Assembly: GCA_963664325.2 (NCBI GenBank)
Contig: CAXXDQ010000002.1
Span: 128,001-192,000 of the forward strand
DNA length: 64,000 bases
Source: Desulfomonilia bacterium
GTDB taxonomy: Bacteria; Desulfobacterota; Desulfomonilia; UBA1062
Direction of reading: 5' to 3'
Both the position numbers and the translations under genes were made by a program. Of this stretch, positions 36,561 to 45,708 are shown piece after piece. Position 1 is the stretch's first letter, and each line of letters opens with the position of its first letter. Under the pieces are notes generated by a model. That model was not told the DNA's origin and did not search any database. It saw nothing but the letters and a program-made list of their open reading frames with translations.

Positions 36561-38693
36561 ATGAATTCCGACAGGATGAAAAGACTTTTCGCTCAGGCCA
36601 ATGAATTCAAGGAAGGGGACCTCGCGGTAGGCGGTACTTCCGACGAAGCGATCAGGAAGGATGCGAAAAGGGAGCTGGCCTTGATGAAAATAGGCGATAT
36701 CGCAAGGCATGTTTTTATCGAGGATGAGATCACTGAGGCCATACACCGTTCCATCGATCGGCAGCTGCTTCGTGAGATATCGCACCTCAAGGTGTCCGAC
36801 ATGAAGGAAGCCCTGCTAGGGACGGGCGCCGCATCATGGGCCGGCAGGTATTCCGACGGCCTGCCGAGCGAGGTTATAGCCTCGGCGGTCAAGATCATGA
36901 GCAATGAAGAGCTTTCCAGGGTTTCCAACTCGATATTCATTACTATAAGCGGCGCAAATCCGCAGGACGGTGCGGAGATAGGCTCTTCAGGGCATTTCGG
37001 TTCCCGCATCCAGCCCAACAGCCCAGGGGATGATGAGGAGGAGATACTTTTTTCAGTTCTGGAGGGCCTTGCCTTCGGGTGCGGCGATGTCATAATCGGG
37101 CTCAACCCGGCAAGCGATGATGTGGAAACAATCGCAAGAACGGAGAAACTCCTTGAGAGAATTGTCTTGAACCTCAATCTTCCCACGCGCTACTGCGTGC
37201 TTTCGGATATGGTCAAGCAGACCTCCGCCGGGAATATGACCAGGCTCGATGTGGGATTCCAGAGCCTTGCGGGCACATCCAAATCGCTAACGGGCATGCT
37301 GGGGCTCGATGTTAAGGGGCTGCTCGATCTGGCAAAAGGCTTTGACGGCCTTTATTTCGAAACCGGCCAGGGATCGGAAGTAACCAACTCTGCAGCACGG
37401 GGGGTTGACATGGTTACACTTGAATCCCGCTGCTACGGGCTTGCCCGGTATTTAAGAAATGGTTCAGGCAATAAATGGATGATAGTAAACGACGTCGCAG
37501 GCTTCATAGGACCGGAAGTGTTCAGGACTGGTGGGCAGCTGCTGCGGGCATGCCTCGAAGACATGGTGATGGCGAAGCTTCACGGCATAACGATGGGGCT
37601 GGACGTGTGCTCTACCTTCCATATGGGTATCGATCCGTTCGAGCTCAAGGCGCTGACTGAAAAGATCGTACAAGCCGCCGCTCCGGCCTATCTGATGGGT
37701 GTGGCGGGCAAGGCTGACCCGATGCTTGGCATCCTGACAACCTCATTCCGTGAGCATCCGAGACTGAGAAGGCTTACTGGCAAACGCATTTCCGGTCCTA
37801 TGGCGGGGAGGCTTGCCGGTCTCGGTGTTCTCGATGCAGACGGCACGGCAAGGGGCGCTCCCCAGAAAACATCTATGCTTTATGCAGCGTACATAAAGGC
37901 GGTGGGAGATTCAAGGAGTCTGGAAGAGCTCAAAACATCCGGACTCAGGAAAATCGCCAGCCTCAGGGAAAGGGGCATGGACATCGGCTATGGGTCTGAG
38001 GAAAATCTCGACGATCCTCCTCCGGTAACAGAAAGGCTCGGCTCCATATACGCACATGCGCGGAACGCCCTTTACGCCGCGATCGATGCTTCTGTAATCA
38101 GGGACTGCTGCCCCGGGTCTGCAGAAGTCTCAACCATATCGTCCGACAGGGAGGATTATCTTCTCCATCCTCCATCGGGCGAAAGGATAGGCGGAGAAGG
38201 TGAGAAGATCCTGAAGAGGCTTTATTCTGCGGATAAGAAGACCCCGCAGATAATGATGGTCATCTCGGACGGACTCAACGCCAATGCGGTGAACGAGAAT
38301 TTGAGGGATGTGTTGCCGGCGCTCAGATGGCATTTAAGGTCGTCGGGATTTCATGTCGGCGAAATCGATGTCGTCATTAAAAACGGCCGCGTACGCGCCG
38401 GATACCATGCCGCCGAATTGGCGGGGCCGGAAGCCGTCATCCATTTCATCGGCGAAAGGCCTGGTACGGGATTGAATCAGCTTTCGGTCTATGTGACTTA
38501 CGGAAGGGACGCCTCTTGCAATAACATCTTCAGCCCTGACATGGACCATTCCCTGACGACCGCCATATGCAGCATAAACAAAAAAGGCAAGCGTTCTGAA
38601 GCTGCTGTAGAGGATATCATGAGATGCGCCATAAGGATGTTTGAACTGAAGTGTTCGGGAGTCAGGCTGGGAAAAGTCGACAGATCTTCTTGA
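36561..38693 (+). CDS. Fused ethanolamine ammonia-lyase large + small subunit (EutB-EutC), divergent
   Basis: EutB motifs RIQPN, GDVIIGLNP, FQSLAGT, YFETGQGS, GFIGPE; EutC motifs DREDYLLHP..G, ISDGL, GRV, IGERPG in one ORF; start approximate. Confidence 0.85.
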   Translation: MNSDRMKRLFAQANEFKEGDLAVGGTSDEAIRKDAKRELALMKIGDIARHVFIEDEITEAIHRSIDRQLLREISHLKVSDMKEALLGTGAASWAGRYSDGLPSEVIASAVKIMSNEELSRVSNSIFITISGANPQDGAEIGSSGHFGSRIQPNSPGDDEEEILFSVLEGLAFGCGDVIIGLNPASDDVETIARTEKLLERIVLNLNLPTRYCVLSDMVKQTSAGNMTRLDVGFQSLAGTSKSLTGMLGLDVKGLLDLAKGFDGLYFETGQGSEVTNSAARGVDMVTLESRCYGLARYLRNGSGNKWMIVNDVAGFIGPEVFRTGGQLLRACLEDMVMAKLHGITMGLDVCSTFHMGIDPFELKALTEKIVQAAAPAYLMGVAGKADPMLGILTTSFREHPRLRRLTGKRISGPMAGRLAGLGVLDADGTARGAPQKTSMLYAAYIKAVGDSRSLEELKTSGLRKIASLRERGMDIGYGSEENLDDPPPVTERLGSIYAHARNALYAAIDASVIRDCCPGSAEVSTISSDREDYLLHPPSGERIGGEGEKILKRLYSADKKTPQIMMVISDGLNANAVNENLRDVLPALRWHLRSSGFHVGEIDVVIKNGRVRAGYHAAELAGPEAVIHFIGERPGTGLNQLSVYVTYGRDASCNNIFSPDMDHSLTTAICSINKKGKRSEAAVEDIMRCAIRMFELKCSGVRLGKVDRSS

Positions 38694-38787
38694 ACCGGTG
38701 GCCTTGATACGGTTTGCCTTTTTCTGGAACGAATCCGGGATTTTGTGTATTATGAGGGGTAATAATTTCAAAGGAGGAACTGAGTTA

Positions 38788-39510
38788 ATGGCAGTAGTAG
38801 AATGGAAAAAGGATGAAAACGCAGCGATCATATACATGAACAACGGCGCCAACAAGCATAACCTGGCATTCGCCCGGGCCATGCTGGCTGTTTTGGACGA
38901 AATCCAGGCGGATAAGGATATTTCTTCCGTCGTTCTGACCTCCAGCGATGAGAAGAACTTCTCGCAGGGAATTGATGTGGAATGGCTCATGCAGAAGTTT
39001 CAGGAAGGAGACAAAGACACCATCAGGGCCTTCATGTACGGCATGAACGAGGTGTTCAAAAGGCTCCTGCTTATTCCGCTGCCGGTTATTGCAGCTATCA
39101 ACGGGCATGCTTTCGGAAACGGCGCAATAATTTCCTGCGCATGCGATTTCCGCTTCATGAAATCCGACAAGGGCTTTTTCTGCTTCCCTGAGGTGGATCT
39201 GGGAATTCCTTTTCTGCCTGGCATGATCGCTTTCATCAAGAAGGCCATGCCCTATTACCTCTATAACGATTTGAAGCTCACCGGCAGGCGGGCCGGTGCA
39301 GTGGAACTGTACGAGAAGCATTTTCTTGACAGGGCCTGTCCGGATCAGACCGCACTTATGCAGGAAGCCGTTGCCTTTGCAAAAGGCTTAAACAAAAAAC
39401 GCGGGATATTCGGCGAGCACAAGCGCCGGCTGCACAAGGATATCGTCGCCGTCATTGACAACGAGGATAAGGCTTTCATAGAGCCGCTCAACCTGATGGT
39501 GACCGATTGA
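38788..39510 (+). CDS. Enoyl-CoA hydratase/isomerase (crotonase) family protein
   Basis: FSQGID, AAINGHAFGNG, FPEVDLG; start after GGAGG. Confidence 0.9.
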   Translation: MAVVEWKKDENAAIIYMNNGANKHNLAFARAMLAVLDEIQADKDISSVVLTSSDEKNFSQGIDVEWLMQKFQEGDKDTIRAFMYGMNEVFKRLLLIPLPVIAAINGHAFGNGAIISCACDFRFMKSDKGFFCFPEVDLGIPFLPGMIAFIKKAMPYYLYNDLKLTGRRAGAVELYEKHFLDRACPDQTALMQEAVAFAKGLNKKRGIFGEHKRRLHKDIVAVIDNEDKAFIEPLNLMVTD

Positions 39511-39924
39511 AGTGATAAAAGAACAGCATGCATGAGGGTCGCGTCCGGACATGATATTTCCTGGCCCTTACGGCCTGTTGTCGGAAGCGGCTACTCTTTT
39601 TAGAGTCTGCCGGATCAGGGCTCTCATCAAATGTCCCGCTTTTTATAAATGTTTAAGGTAACCCCTGATAGATTATGAAGTTTGAAACTTGCCAGTTGCA
39701 TCTTCACTATGAATTTCAAATTTGATTTACATTAAGCTTTCATCTATATTAGTTATATTCTCTGTCATGTCCGTTCAGCAGCAAGAGAGATTAATTGAAA
39801 ATGTAATGATTTAATATAGACAAGAAACAAATAATATTTACATCCGGCAACAGTGCCAGGAGTCTTAATAAACAGCTTGCTTTTGATTTGGAATAGTTTC
39901 GAGAACTAAAAAGGGGGTTTCTGT

Positions 39925-40914
39925 ATGAAAAGAATTGTAATGCTCTTGTCGGTATTGCTTTTATTATCAGGCCTAATAGGTTGTAAAGAAGAAATCACAA
40001 GTGCCTATCCTGATCCCAATATAGTCGTGGAGCTGCAGCCGGGCGAGAATATGACCTTTAAAGTGGAAGGGCCGGTCAACACGCTTACTACCAAATGTGT
40101 GTGGATATTTCAGACAGAAGCAGATGGTTATTGGGGACCTGTGCAAAACGGCTATGTCCTAGAACGTAAGAACGAATATAAATTTGAAGTCAACCCGGCT
40201 GGAGAGACTACGAATTGGTTCAAGATAAGTTGTTTCGTACTGCATTTTGAGTGGATGAAAATCTCTGGTGAACCGCCGCTTTGGGGTTTCTGGTGGATCG
40301 AGAAGGATAGTCGAAGCTGGTATGTCCGGATTAGACAAGACATGAAACCCGTATGGCAGGGGAATTATTTAATCAGAGACAATACCGATATACAATTACT
40401 TGACGGATACACAAAAATCACGGGAGATTTATCGATCTTTGAAAATAATACACTTTCCGATCTCTCAGGTCTTGAAAATCTGACTACAGTCGAGGGTGAT
40501 GTTAACATCAAGAGTAACAATGGCCTGGTCGGCATTTCGGGACTGGAAAATCTTGTCACAATAGGGGGGAATTTCTGTCTCTTAAGCAATAGTGCATTAT
40601 CCGGCATATCAGGCCTTCGTAAACTTACTACGGTGGGGGGGAATTTGTTTATCATTGATAATCCTTCCTTAACTTCAATTTCAGCGATGCGGAATCTCAC
40701 AACCGTGGGCGATTATCTTAACATCCGCCTGAATTCAACGCTGACGGAACTGGGCATGGACGGGTTGTATTCAGTGACAGGAGATTTTAATATAGATAGC
40801 AATGACATGCTCTGCAATTTCCTGGCTGAAAGTCTTCGAGATCAGGTTCTTTCAAGAGGTGGCATTGGCGGAAAACAAACAATTGATGATAACCTGTTAT
40901 GCGATAAACCATAA
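39925..40914 (+). CDS. Lipoprotein with receptor-L-domain-like leucine-rich repeats
   Basis: LIGC lipobox; about five 25-aa repeats L.GL.NLTTVGG.L.I..N..L. Confidence 0.8.
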   Translation: MKRIVMLLSVLLLLSGLIGCKEEITSAYPDPNIVVELQPGENMTFKVEGPVNTLTTKCVWIFQTEADGYWGPVQNGYVLERKNEYKFEVNPAGETTNWFKISCFVLHFEWMKISGEPPLWGFWWIEKDSRSWYVRIRQDMKPVWQGNYLIRDNTDIQLLDGYTKITGDLSIFENNTLSDLSGLENLTTVEGDVNIKSNNGLVGISGLENLVTIGGNFCLLSNSALSGISGLRKLTTVGGNLFIIDNPSLTSISAMRNLTTVGDYLNIRLNSTLTELGMDGLYSVTGDFNIDSNDMLCNFLAESLRDQVLSRGGIGGKQTIDDNLLCDKP

Positions 40915-41422
40915 TGAGTTGAAATGACGGTGCAGGATCAACCTGCACCCTCACTTAAGGAATGCCATATCGCGACGTTCAGGATAAGATATCAAATTTT
41001 CGTTTTGTATGAAGAGACCAAGGAGCGTTCATTCATGTACAGATCAGTGTCGCGCCGTAAAAAACGCATATTCAGCCTCTCGGCGGGGTTAGAACCCAGC
41101 CTTTTTATAGGTGCCGGATCAGGTCCGACTCAGGATGTCCGTCTCCTTTAAATATCCCGGGTAATTTCTATTCTGCCCGATCATGGTAGGCAGTACTCTC
41201 AGGAACCTGAACATCCGCTGGGCCTCCTGGCTTCTCCGACTTTGATGTCCACGCCGTTTTTTAGGTAAATCGATATCATGCTTTTGGACCTCCGTGCTTT
41301 CTGAGGGGATCGCCTGCAGAACGACGGCGGCATATTTCAGGGCTTGTTTCCTGTCTTTGTTGCACAAGCTCGATCCGTAATATATAACTTTGATCGGCAA
41401 GGTCTGAAAAAAGGAGGCGGAT

Positions 41423-42328
41423 ATGGATTATTCATATGATAATGTATTGATGAAAATGAGGAAAGATGCCCCGGCCGGAGATGGGGAGCACGGATATTTC
41501 AAGAACAAGGACGGTTACAATCTTTTCTACCGGATATGGAAGGCGGACAACCCGAAAAAGATAGTCGTATGCCTTCACGGCGCGTTCGCGCATGGGGAAT
41601 TCTTCTCGCTTGTCGCAGACAGGTTCGTCCCGAAAGGTGCAACTGTTGCGGTCTTCGACTATCAGGGCCACGGAAGGTCTGAAGGAAGGAGAGGCGATGT
41701 CCTTAAAATGGAGGACTGGCACCGTGATGCAAAGGATTTCGTCGAATTCATAAAAACAAAAGCTGACGGAAACCTTCCGGTATTCCTCCTGGGCGAATCC
41801 ATGGGCGGTCAGTTGGCTGCCGGCATCTCCGCATTGTATCCCGAACTGCCTGTGGCAGGCTTCATCCTTTTCTCCCCTGCCGTCAAATTCAAGTCCGGCA
41901 AGTTTTCCGAGATGCTCATGAAGGCCATACCCAATATTTTCAATCTGCTCTTCGCGCCCGGAAAGCCTGTAATAGATATAACGGGCAATCCGGCGGACGG
42001 GATAGTCGACCCGCTCCATCAGGAATATGATGCCAGAGACCCGCTCAGATTTTCCAAGGCATCACCCCGCTATCTGCTCGAACTCAATAAATCCGCCAAG
42101 CTGGCCCTGGCACAAGGACCTGTGGCGACAAGGAAACCTGTAATTGTCCTGGCCGGGACAAATGATACCTCGGTTGATATTGAGGCGGTAAAAGATTACT
42201 TTGAAAGGCTTGATGCCGGAGGAGACAAGAAAATGATCCTTGCCGAAGGTGCAAAGCATTCGATACTTGACGACCCGGCATTTCTTCCGCATTGGAAGGA
42301 AGTGTACGAATGGCTGAAAGCGCATTGA
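41423..42328 (+). CDS. Alpha/beta hydrolase, lysophospholipase/monoglyceride lipase-like
   Basis: LHG, DYQGHGRSEG, GESMG, GAKHS. Confidence 0.9.
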   Translation: MDYSYDNVLMKMRKDAPAGDGEHGYFKNKDGYNLFYRIWKADNPKKIVVCLHGAFAHGEFFSLVADRFVPKGATVAVFDYQGHGRSEGRRGDVLKMEDWHRDAKDFVEFIKTKADGNLPVFLLGESMGGQLAAGISALYPELPVAGFILFSPAVKFKSGKFSEMLMKAIPNIFNLLFAPGKPVIDITGNPADGIVDPLHQEYDARDPLRFSKASPRYLLELNKSAKLALAQGPVATRKPVIVLAGTNDTSVDIEAVKDYFERLDAGGDKKMILAEGAKHSILDDPAFLPHWKEVYEWLKAH

Positions 42329-42335
42329 TCTGGTT

Positions 42336-42527
42336 CAGGACGCTATAACTTTGCATACCTTTGATTCGGGCAAATGATAGCCCTCACCCTTCGGGCGTAT
42401 CTTCGATAAGTTAATTTTTGTGATGTGAAAATTTGTCGCTCCTTATCTTGTCATTCCGACGTACGTTAAAAGTACGCCTCATTCCTCGACTTCGTCGCTT
42501 CGCGGTCTGCTTTGTTCTAACGCCCTG
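42336..42527 (-). repeat. ERIC/MITE-like repeat, copy interrupted by a 68-bp insert
   Basis: Both ends match the family; insert 42364-42431 is flanked by TTTG on both sides. Confidence 0.75.
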
Positions 42528-42589
42528 ACAAAACAAGATTCGATATGACAGATCATTGTATTATTCTGTGATATTCAATATAAATAATT

Positions 42590-43195
42590 ATGGAACCTAC
42601 AATATTTGCTTCAAAACTTTCCGGTATGAATGCTTTGGTGTTTGGTGAACTACAAGGCTCACAAAGAGTTTATGTATATTTGCATGGCAGCGGAGAATTT
42701 GGAAAGGGCATTCATTCACATTATATAAATCCAGGTTTTGCAACTGTCTTGAGAGATGACAAAATTAATCTGAAATATCCGTTTGTGATTCCATGCTGTA
42801 TAACAGGAGACTTCTGGATTCCAGAACAGGTTAAATTGCTATTAGATGATATTCGCAAAGACAATGATATAATGAGCATAGATCTGATAGGCTACAGTCG
42901 TGGTGGTTATGGCGTATACGAATACATTTCCCAATTTTCCGATATACATACGGCAACTGTTATAAATTCAAGAATTCCAAAATCAGATGCATTTATTACT
43001 TCTATCCCGCTTCTAATAATTCATGGAAGACAGGATCAGAGTGAGAATATTGAGATTGTTAGGAGATTCTATAAGTCTCTTATTTCAAACCAATCTAAAG
43101 TCAAAATGATTGAGCTAGATGGCGGCCACTTTATTATAGAAGAAGTATCTAAAAGCGAATGGTTGTATCATTGGATTGATTCTGCAGATATCTAG
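42590..43195 (+). CDS. AT-rich small alpha/beta hydrolase (esterase/peptidase-like)
   Basis: LHGSGE, GYSRG, IIHGRQD, GGH. Confidence 0.8.
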   Translation: MEPTIFASKLSGMNALVFGELQGSQRVYVYLHGSGEFGKGIHSHYINPGFATVLRDDKINLKYPFVIPCCITGDFWIPEQVKLLLDDIRKDNDIMSIDLIGYSRGGYGVYEYISQFSDIHTATVINSRIPKSDAFITSIPLLIIHGRQDQSENIEIVRRFYKSLISNQSKVKMIELDGGHFIIEEVSKSEWLYHWIDSADI

Positions 43196-43200
43196 GGATG

Positions 43201-43285
43201 GGACCTTGATAACTGAATAACTAAAACGTCCTGTTCTTATCTTCTGGATGCTCATTGATATCGAATGCTTTAAACGGTTATGGTT
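43201..43285 (+). repeat. ~85-bp direct repeat with hairpin, copy A
   Basis: ggaccttgataactgaataactaaaacgtcctgttctt...gatatcgaatgctttaaacggtta. Confidence 0.8.
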
Positions 43286-43359
43286 AAATAAATTACTTTG
43301 TGGTGAATCTTGGCCTTTTCATGTTTATGTTGATATACGTGTATAGTGGAGGAGAAATT

Positions 43360-43590
43360 ATGTTAGCTATAAGACTGCCAGCGGATATTGAAAACAGACT
43401 TGATACCCTTGCCAAGAAAACAGGCCGGACAAAGACCTTTTATGTAAGGGAAGCGATACTCGAACACATAGAAGACCTTGAAGAGGCTTATGTTGCCCTT
43501 GACCGGCTTAAGAAACCTGCGAGACGGTTGAGCATGGAAGAAGTTGAGCGAAAACTTGGGACTGAGACAAGGACGTTGATAACTAAATAA
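43360..43590 (+). CDS. RHH antitoxin (RelB/TraY-like), no cognate toxin downstream
   Basis: MLAIRLP...RLDTLAKKTGRTKTFYVREAILEHIEDLE; upstream palindrome tatacgtgtata and GGAGG. Confidence 0.85.
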   Translation: MLAIRLPADIENRLDTLAKKTGRTKTFYVREAILEHIEDLEEAYVALDRLKKPARRLSMEEVERKLGTETRTLITK

Positions 43591-43650
43591 CAAAACGTCC
43601 TGTTCTTTTCTCCTGGATGCTTTGATATCGGATGCTTTAAAAGGTTAGGT
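43571..43650 (+). repeat. ~80-bp direct repeat with hairpin, copy B
   Basis: ggacgttgataactaaataacaaaacgtcctgttctt...gatatcggatgctttaaaaggtta. Confidence 0.8.
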
Positions 43651-43651
43651 T

Positions 43652-43774
43652 TACAGGGCGTAATAACAAAGCAGACCTAGGAGCGACGAAGCGGAAATGC
43701 GAGGTGTACTTATACGTACTCCGCAGCGTTTCAGTTAGGAGCGACAAAGATATGCGAAGTTATCATACCCTGTA
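43652..43774 (+). repeat. ERIC/MITE-like repeat, copy overlapping the argC 3' end
   Basis: TA-cagggcgtaataacaaagcagacc...gcgaagttatcataccctg-TA, 123 bp. Confidence 0.8.
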
Positions 43775-44716
43775 CGAGAGTCCCAAGCCTTCATCGCAGC
43801 CCGTCATAATGTTCATGCACTGAACTGCCGCGCCGGAAGCGCCTTTGCCGAGGTTATCCAGCCTGCACATGACGCATGCCTGAGTGTCGTGGCCGAAAAC
43901 AAAGATGTCGGCCCGGTTTGTCCCGTTGCAGGCCTGAGGGTCTAGGCATCCGTCGTCGAGCGCGTTGTCGTCGCCGAAAGGGGCGACCTTTATAAACATT
44001 TCGCCCGAGTAGTATTCCGAGATGACGGTATGAAGGTCTTTCGCCGTCAGCCTCTTGTCGAGCTGGCTCAATACGATGGGGACGGTGACTATCATGCCCT
44101 GCGAAAACGGTCCAAGCACCGGATTGAACAGGGGGGGGCTTGCAAGTCCAGTAACCTTTGTCATTTCCGGGACATGTTTGTGCTTGAGGCTGAGCGCATA
44201 AGGCCTGCACCCCATCATCCTTGCATCGCCGGCTCTGACTGATTCATACTGTTCGATGAGCTTTTTGCCGCCCCCGCTGTAGCCGGTCAGGGAAAAGCAT
44301 GTAACTGGATAATCCCTTCCGATAACACCGGAAACAATGAGCGGATAGAGCGCAAGCGCAAAACCCGTTGCATGACAGCCCGGTACGCTTGTGAAGCGGG
44401 ATTGCCTTATAGCTTTCCTGTGAGATGGGCTCAGCTCGGGCAGACCATAGGCCCAGTTATCAGCTGTTCTATGGGCAGTCGAGGCATCGATGATCTTCGT
44501 ACGAGGATTGTCAAGGAGCTTTACCGCCTCCTTTGCAGCTGTATCGGGCAGGCAGAGGAAGACTATGTCCGCTTCATTGATCATCTCTTTTCTGGAATGG
44601 ATGTCCTTGCGTTTTTCCTGATCAATCTTGAAAATGTTCAGGTCAGGCCTGGCCTCGAGCCTTTCATGGATTTTAAGACCCGTTGTCCCTTCATGCCCAT
44701 CAACAAATATCTTCAT
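43763..44716 (-). CDS. argC: N-acetyl-gamma-glutamyl-phosphate reductase (type 2)
   Basis: DGHEGTTGL, DASTAHR, PGCHATGF, GYSGGG, DNLGKGASGAAVQ. Confidence 0.95.
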   Translation of the reverse strand: MKIFVDGHEGTTGLKIHERLEARPDLNIFKIDQEKRKDIHSRKEMINEADIVFLCLPDTAAKEAVKLLDNPRTKIIDASTAHRTADNWAYGLPELSPSHRKAIRQSRFTSVPGCHATGFALALYPLIVSGVIGRDYPVTCFSLTGYSGGGKKLIEQYESVRAGDARMMGCRPYALSLKHKHVPEMTKVTGLASPPLFNPVLGPFSQGMIVTVPIVLSQLDKRLTAKDLHTVISEYYSGEMFIKVAPFGDDNALDDGCLDPQACNGTNRADIFVFGHDTQACVMCRLDNLGKGASGAAVQCMNIMTGCDEGLGLSYRV

Positions 44717-44730
44717 AAATAAATCCCCGG

Positions 44731-45687
44731 TTACATTACCTTGTTAATCAGCCAGTCATAAGTATCCCTGGCTGTCTGGATGTCGTCTTTTGACGGTTTC
44801 CATCCTAGGGCCTTGGCCCTGGCAATGTCAAATACATAGTCCTTGAGCGCTATCTCCAGGTGCTGAGGTTCAAGAGGCGAGATGCCGATGCCCGAAAGAA
44901 GCCTGACTGCAAACCTCGCAAGACTCGCGGGTATATTGAGCTTCCTGGGCACCTTTCCCGCATGCCTGAAAAGCTCTGTCGTCATCTCCTCCAGTGTCGG
45001 CACATTTTCGCTCCCGAGATTGAGGGTCTTATTGCTGAACCCTTGATCCTCAATTGCGAGCAGGCATGCCTGTGAGACGTCGCCGACATTGACCATCTGG
45101 AGCCTTGTTTTTCCGCCGCCGGGCAGCAGGGCAAGTCCGCCTTTCGATATGGAGCGCATCTGGTCAAGAAGGAACGGCTCATTCTGGCCCGGACCGTTTA
45201 TGGTAGGCGGCCTGAAAATGGTTATATCAAGGCCCATTTCCATGTATTTGCTGCACAGGATTTCACAGTCAAGCTTGTCGCGACCGTACTGGCAAAGGGG
45301 TTCAAGGGGCGCATTTTCAGGGCATGGACACGGTACGTCCACTCCGTAAACTTCGACCGAGGAGAGAAAGACTAACTTCTTCAGTCCTTGTTTGATGGCG
45401 GCGGACAGGACATTAAGAGTACCCCACACATTAATCCTGTGCATCCTGTCTTCGTCCCTCACGAACTGGGCGAGAGCAGCCGCCGAGTGGATGATTGCGT
45501 CGCAGTCTTTTGCCGCATTTTCCACGGCGGCAGCCTCGGTAATATCCGTTATTATTTCCGTGAAACCCGGATGGGACAGCCCTGAAGGTTTGATATCAAG
45601 ACCCTTGACCTCGTATCCTTTGTCAAGCGCCTGTCCCACAATGTTTCTGCCGAGATATCCCGAACTCCCTGTAATGAGTAGATTCAT
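44731..45687 (-). CDS. NAD-dependent epimerase/dehydratase (extended SDR)
   Basis: TGSSGYLG, SSVEVYG, YGRDK. Confidence 0.9.
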   Translation of the reverse strand: MNLLITGSSGYLGRNIVGQALDKGYEVKGLDIKPSGLSHPGFTEIITDITEAAAVENAAKDCDAIIHSAAALAQFVRDEDRMHRINVWGTLNVLSAAIKQGLKKLVFLSSVEVYGVDVPCPCPENAPLEPLCQYGRDKLDCEILCSKYMEMGLDITIFRPPTINGPGQNEPFLLDQMRSISKGGLALLPGGGKTRLQMVNVGDVSQACLLAIEDQGFSNKTLNLGSENVPTLEEMTTELFRHAGKVPRKLNIPASLARFAVRLLSGIGISPLEPQHLEIALKDYVFDIARAKALGWKPSKDDIQTARDTYDWLINKVM

Positions 45688-45708
45688 AATGCCTGCCTTC
45701 TTTTCAGG

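Noticed and set aside
41080-41145. SRP RNA-like ggatcaggtccg motif
   Set aside because: Lacks the following GAAGGAAGCAGC of the conserved domain IV
40924-41400. Short ORFs 40924-41151 and 41119-41400
   Set aside because: No recognisable motifs or RBS; may be decayed sequence but cannot be supported
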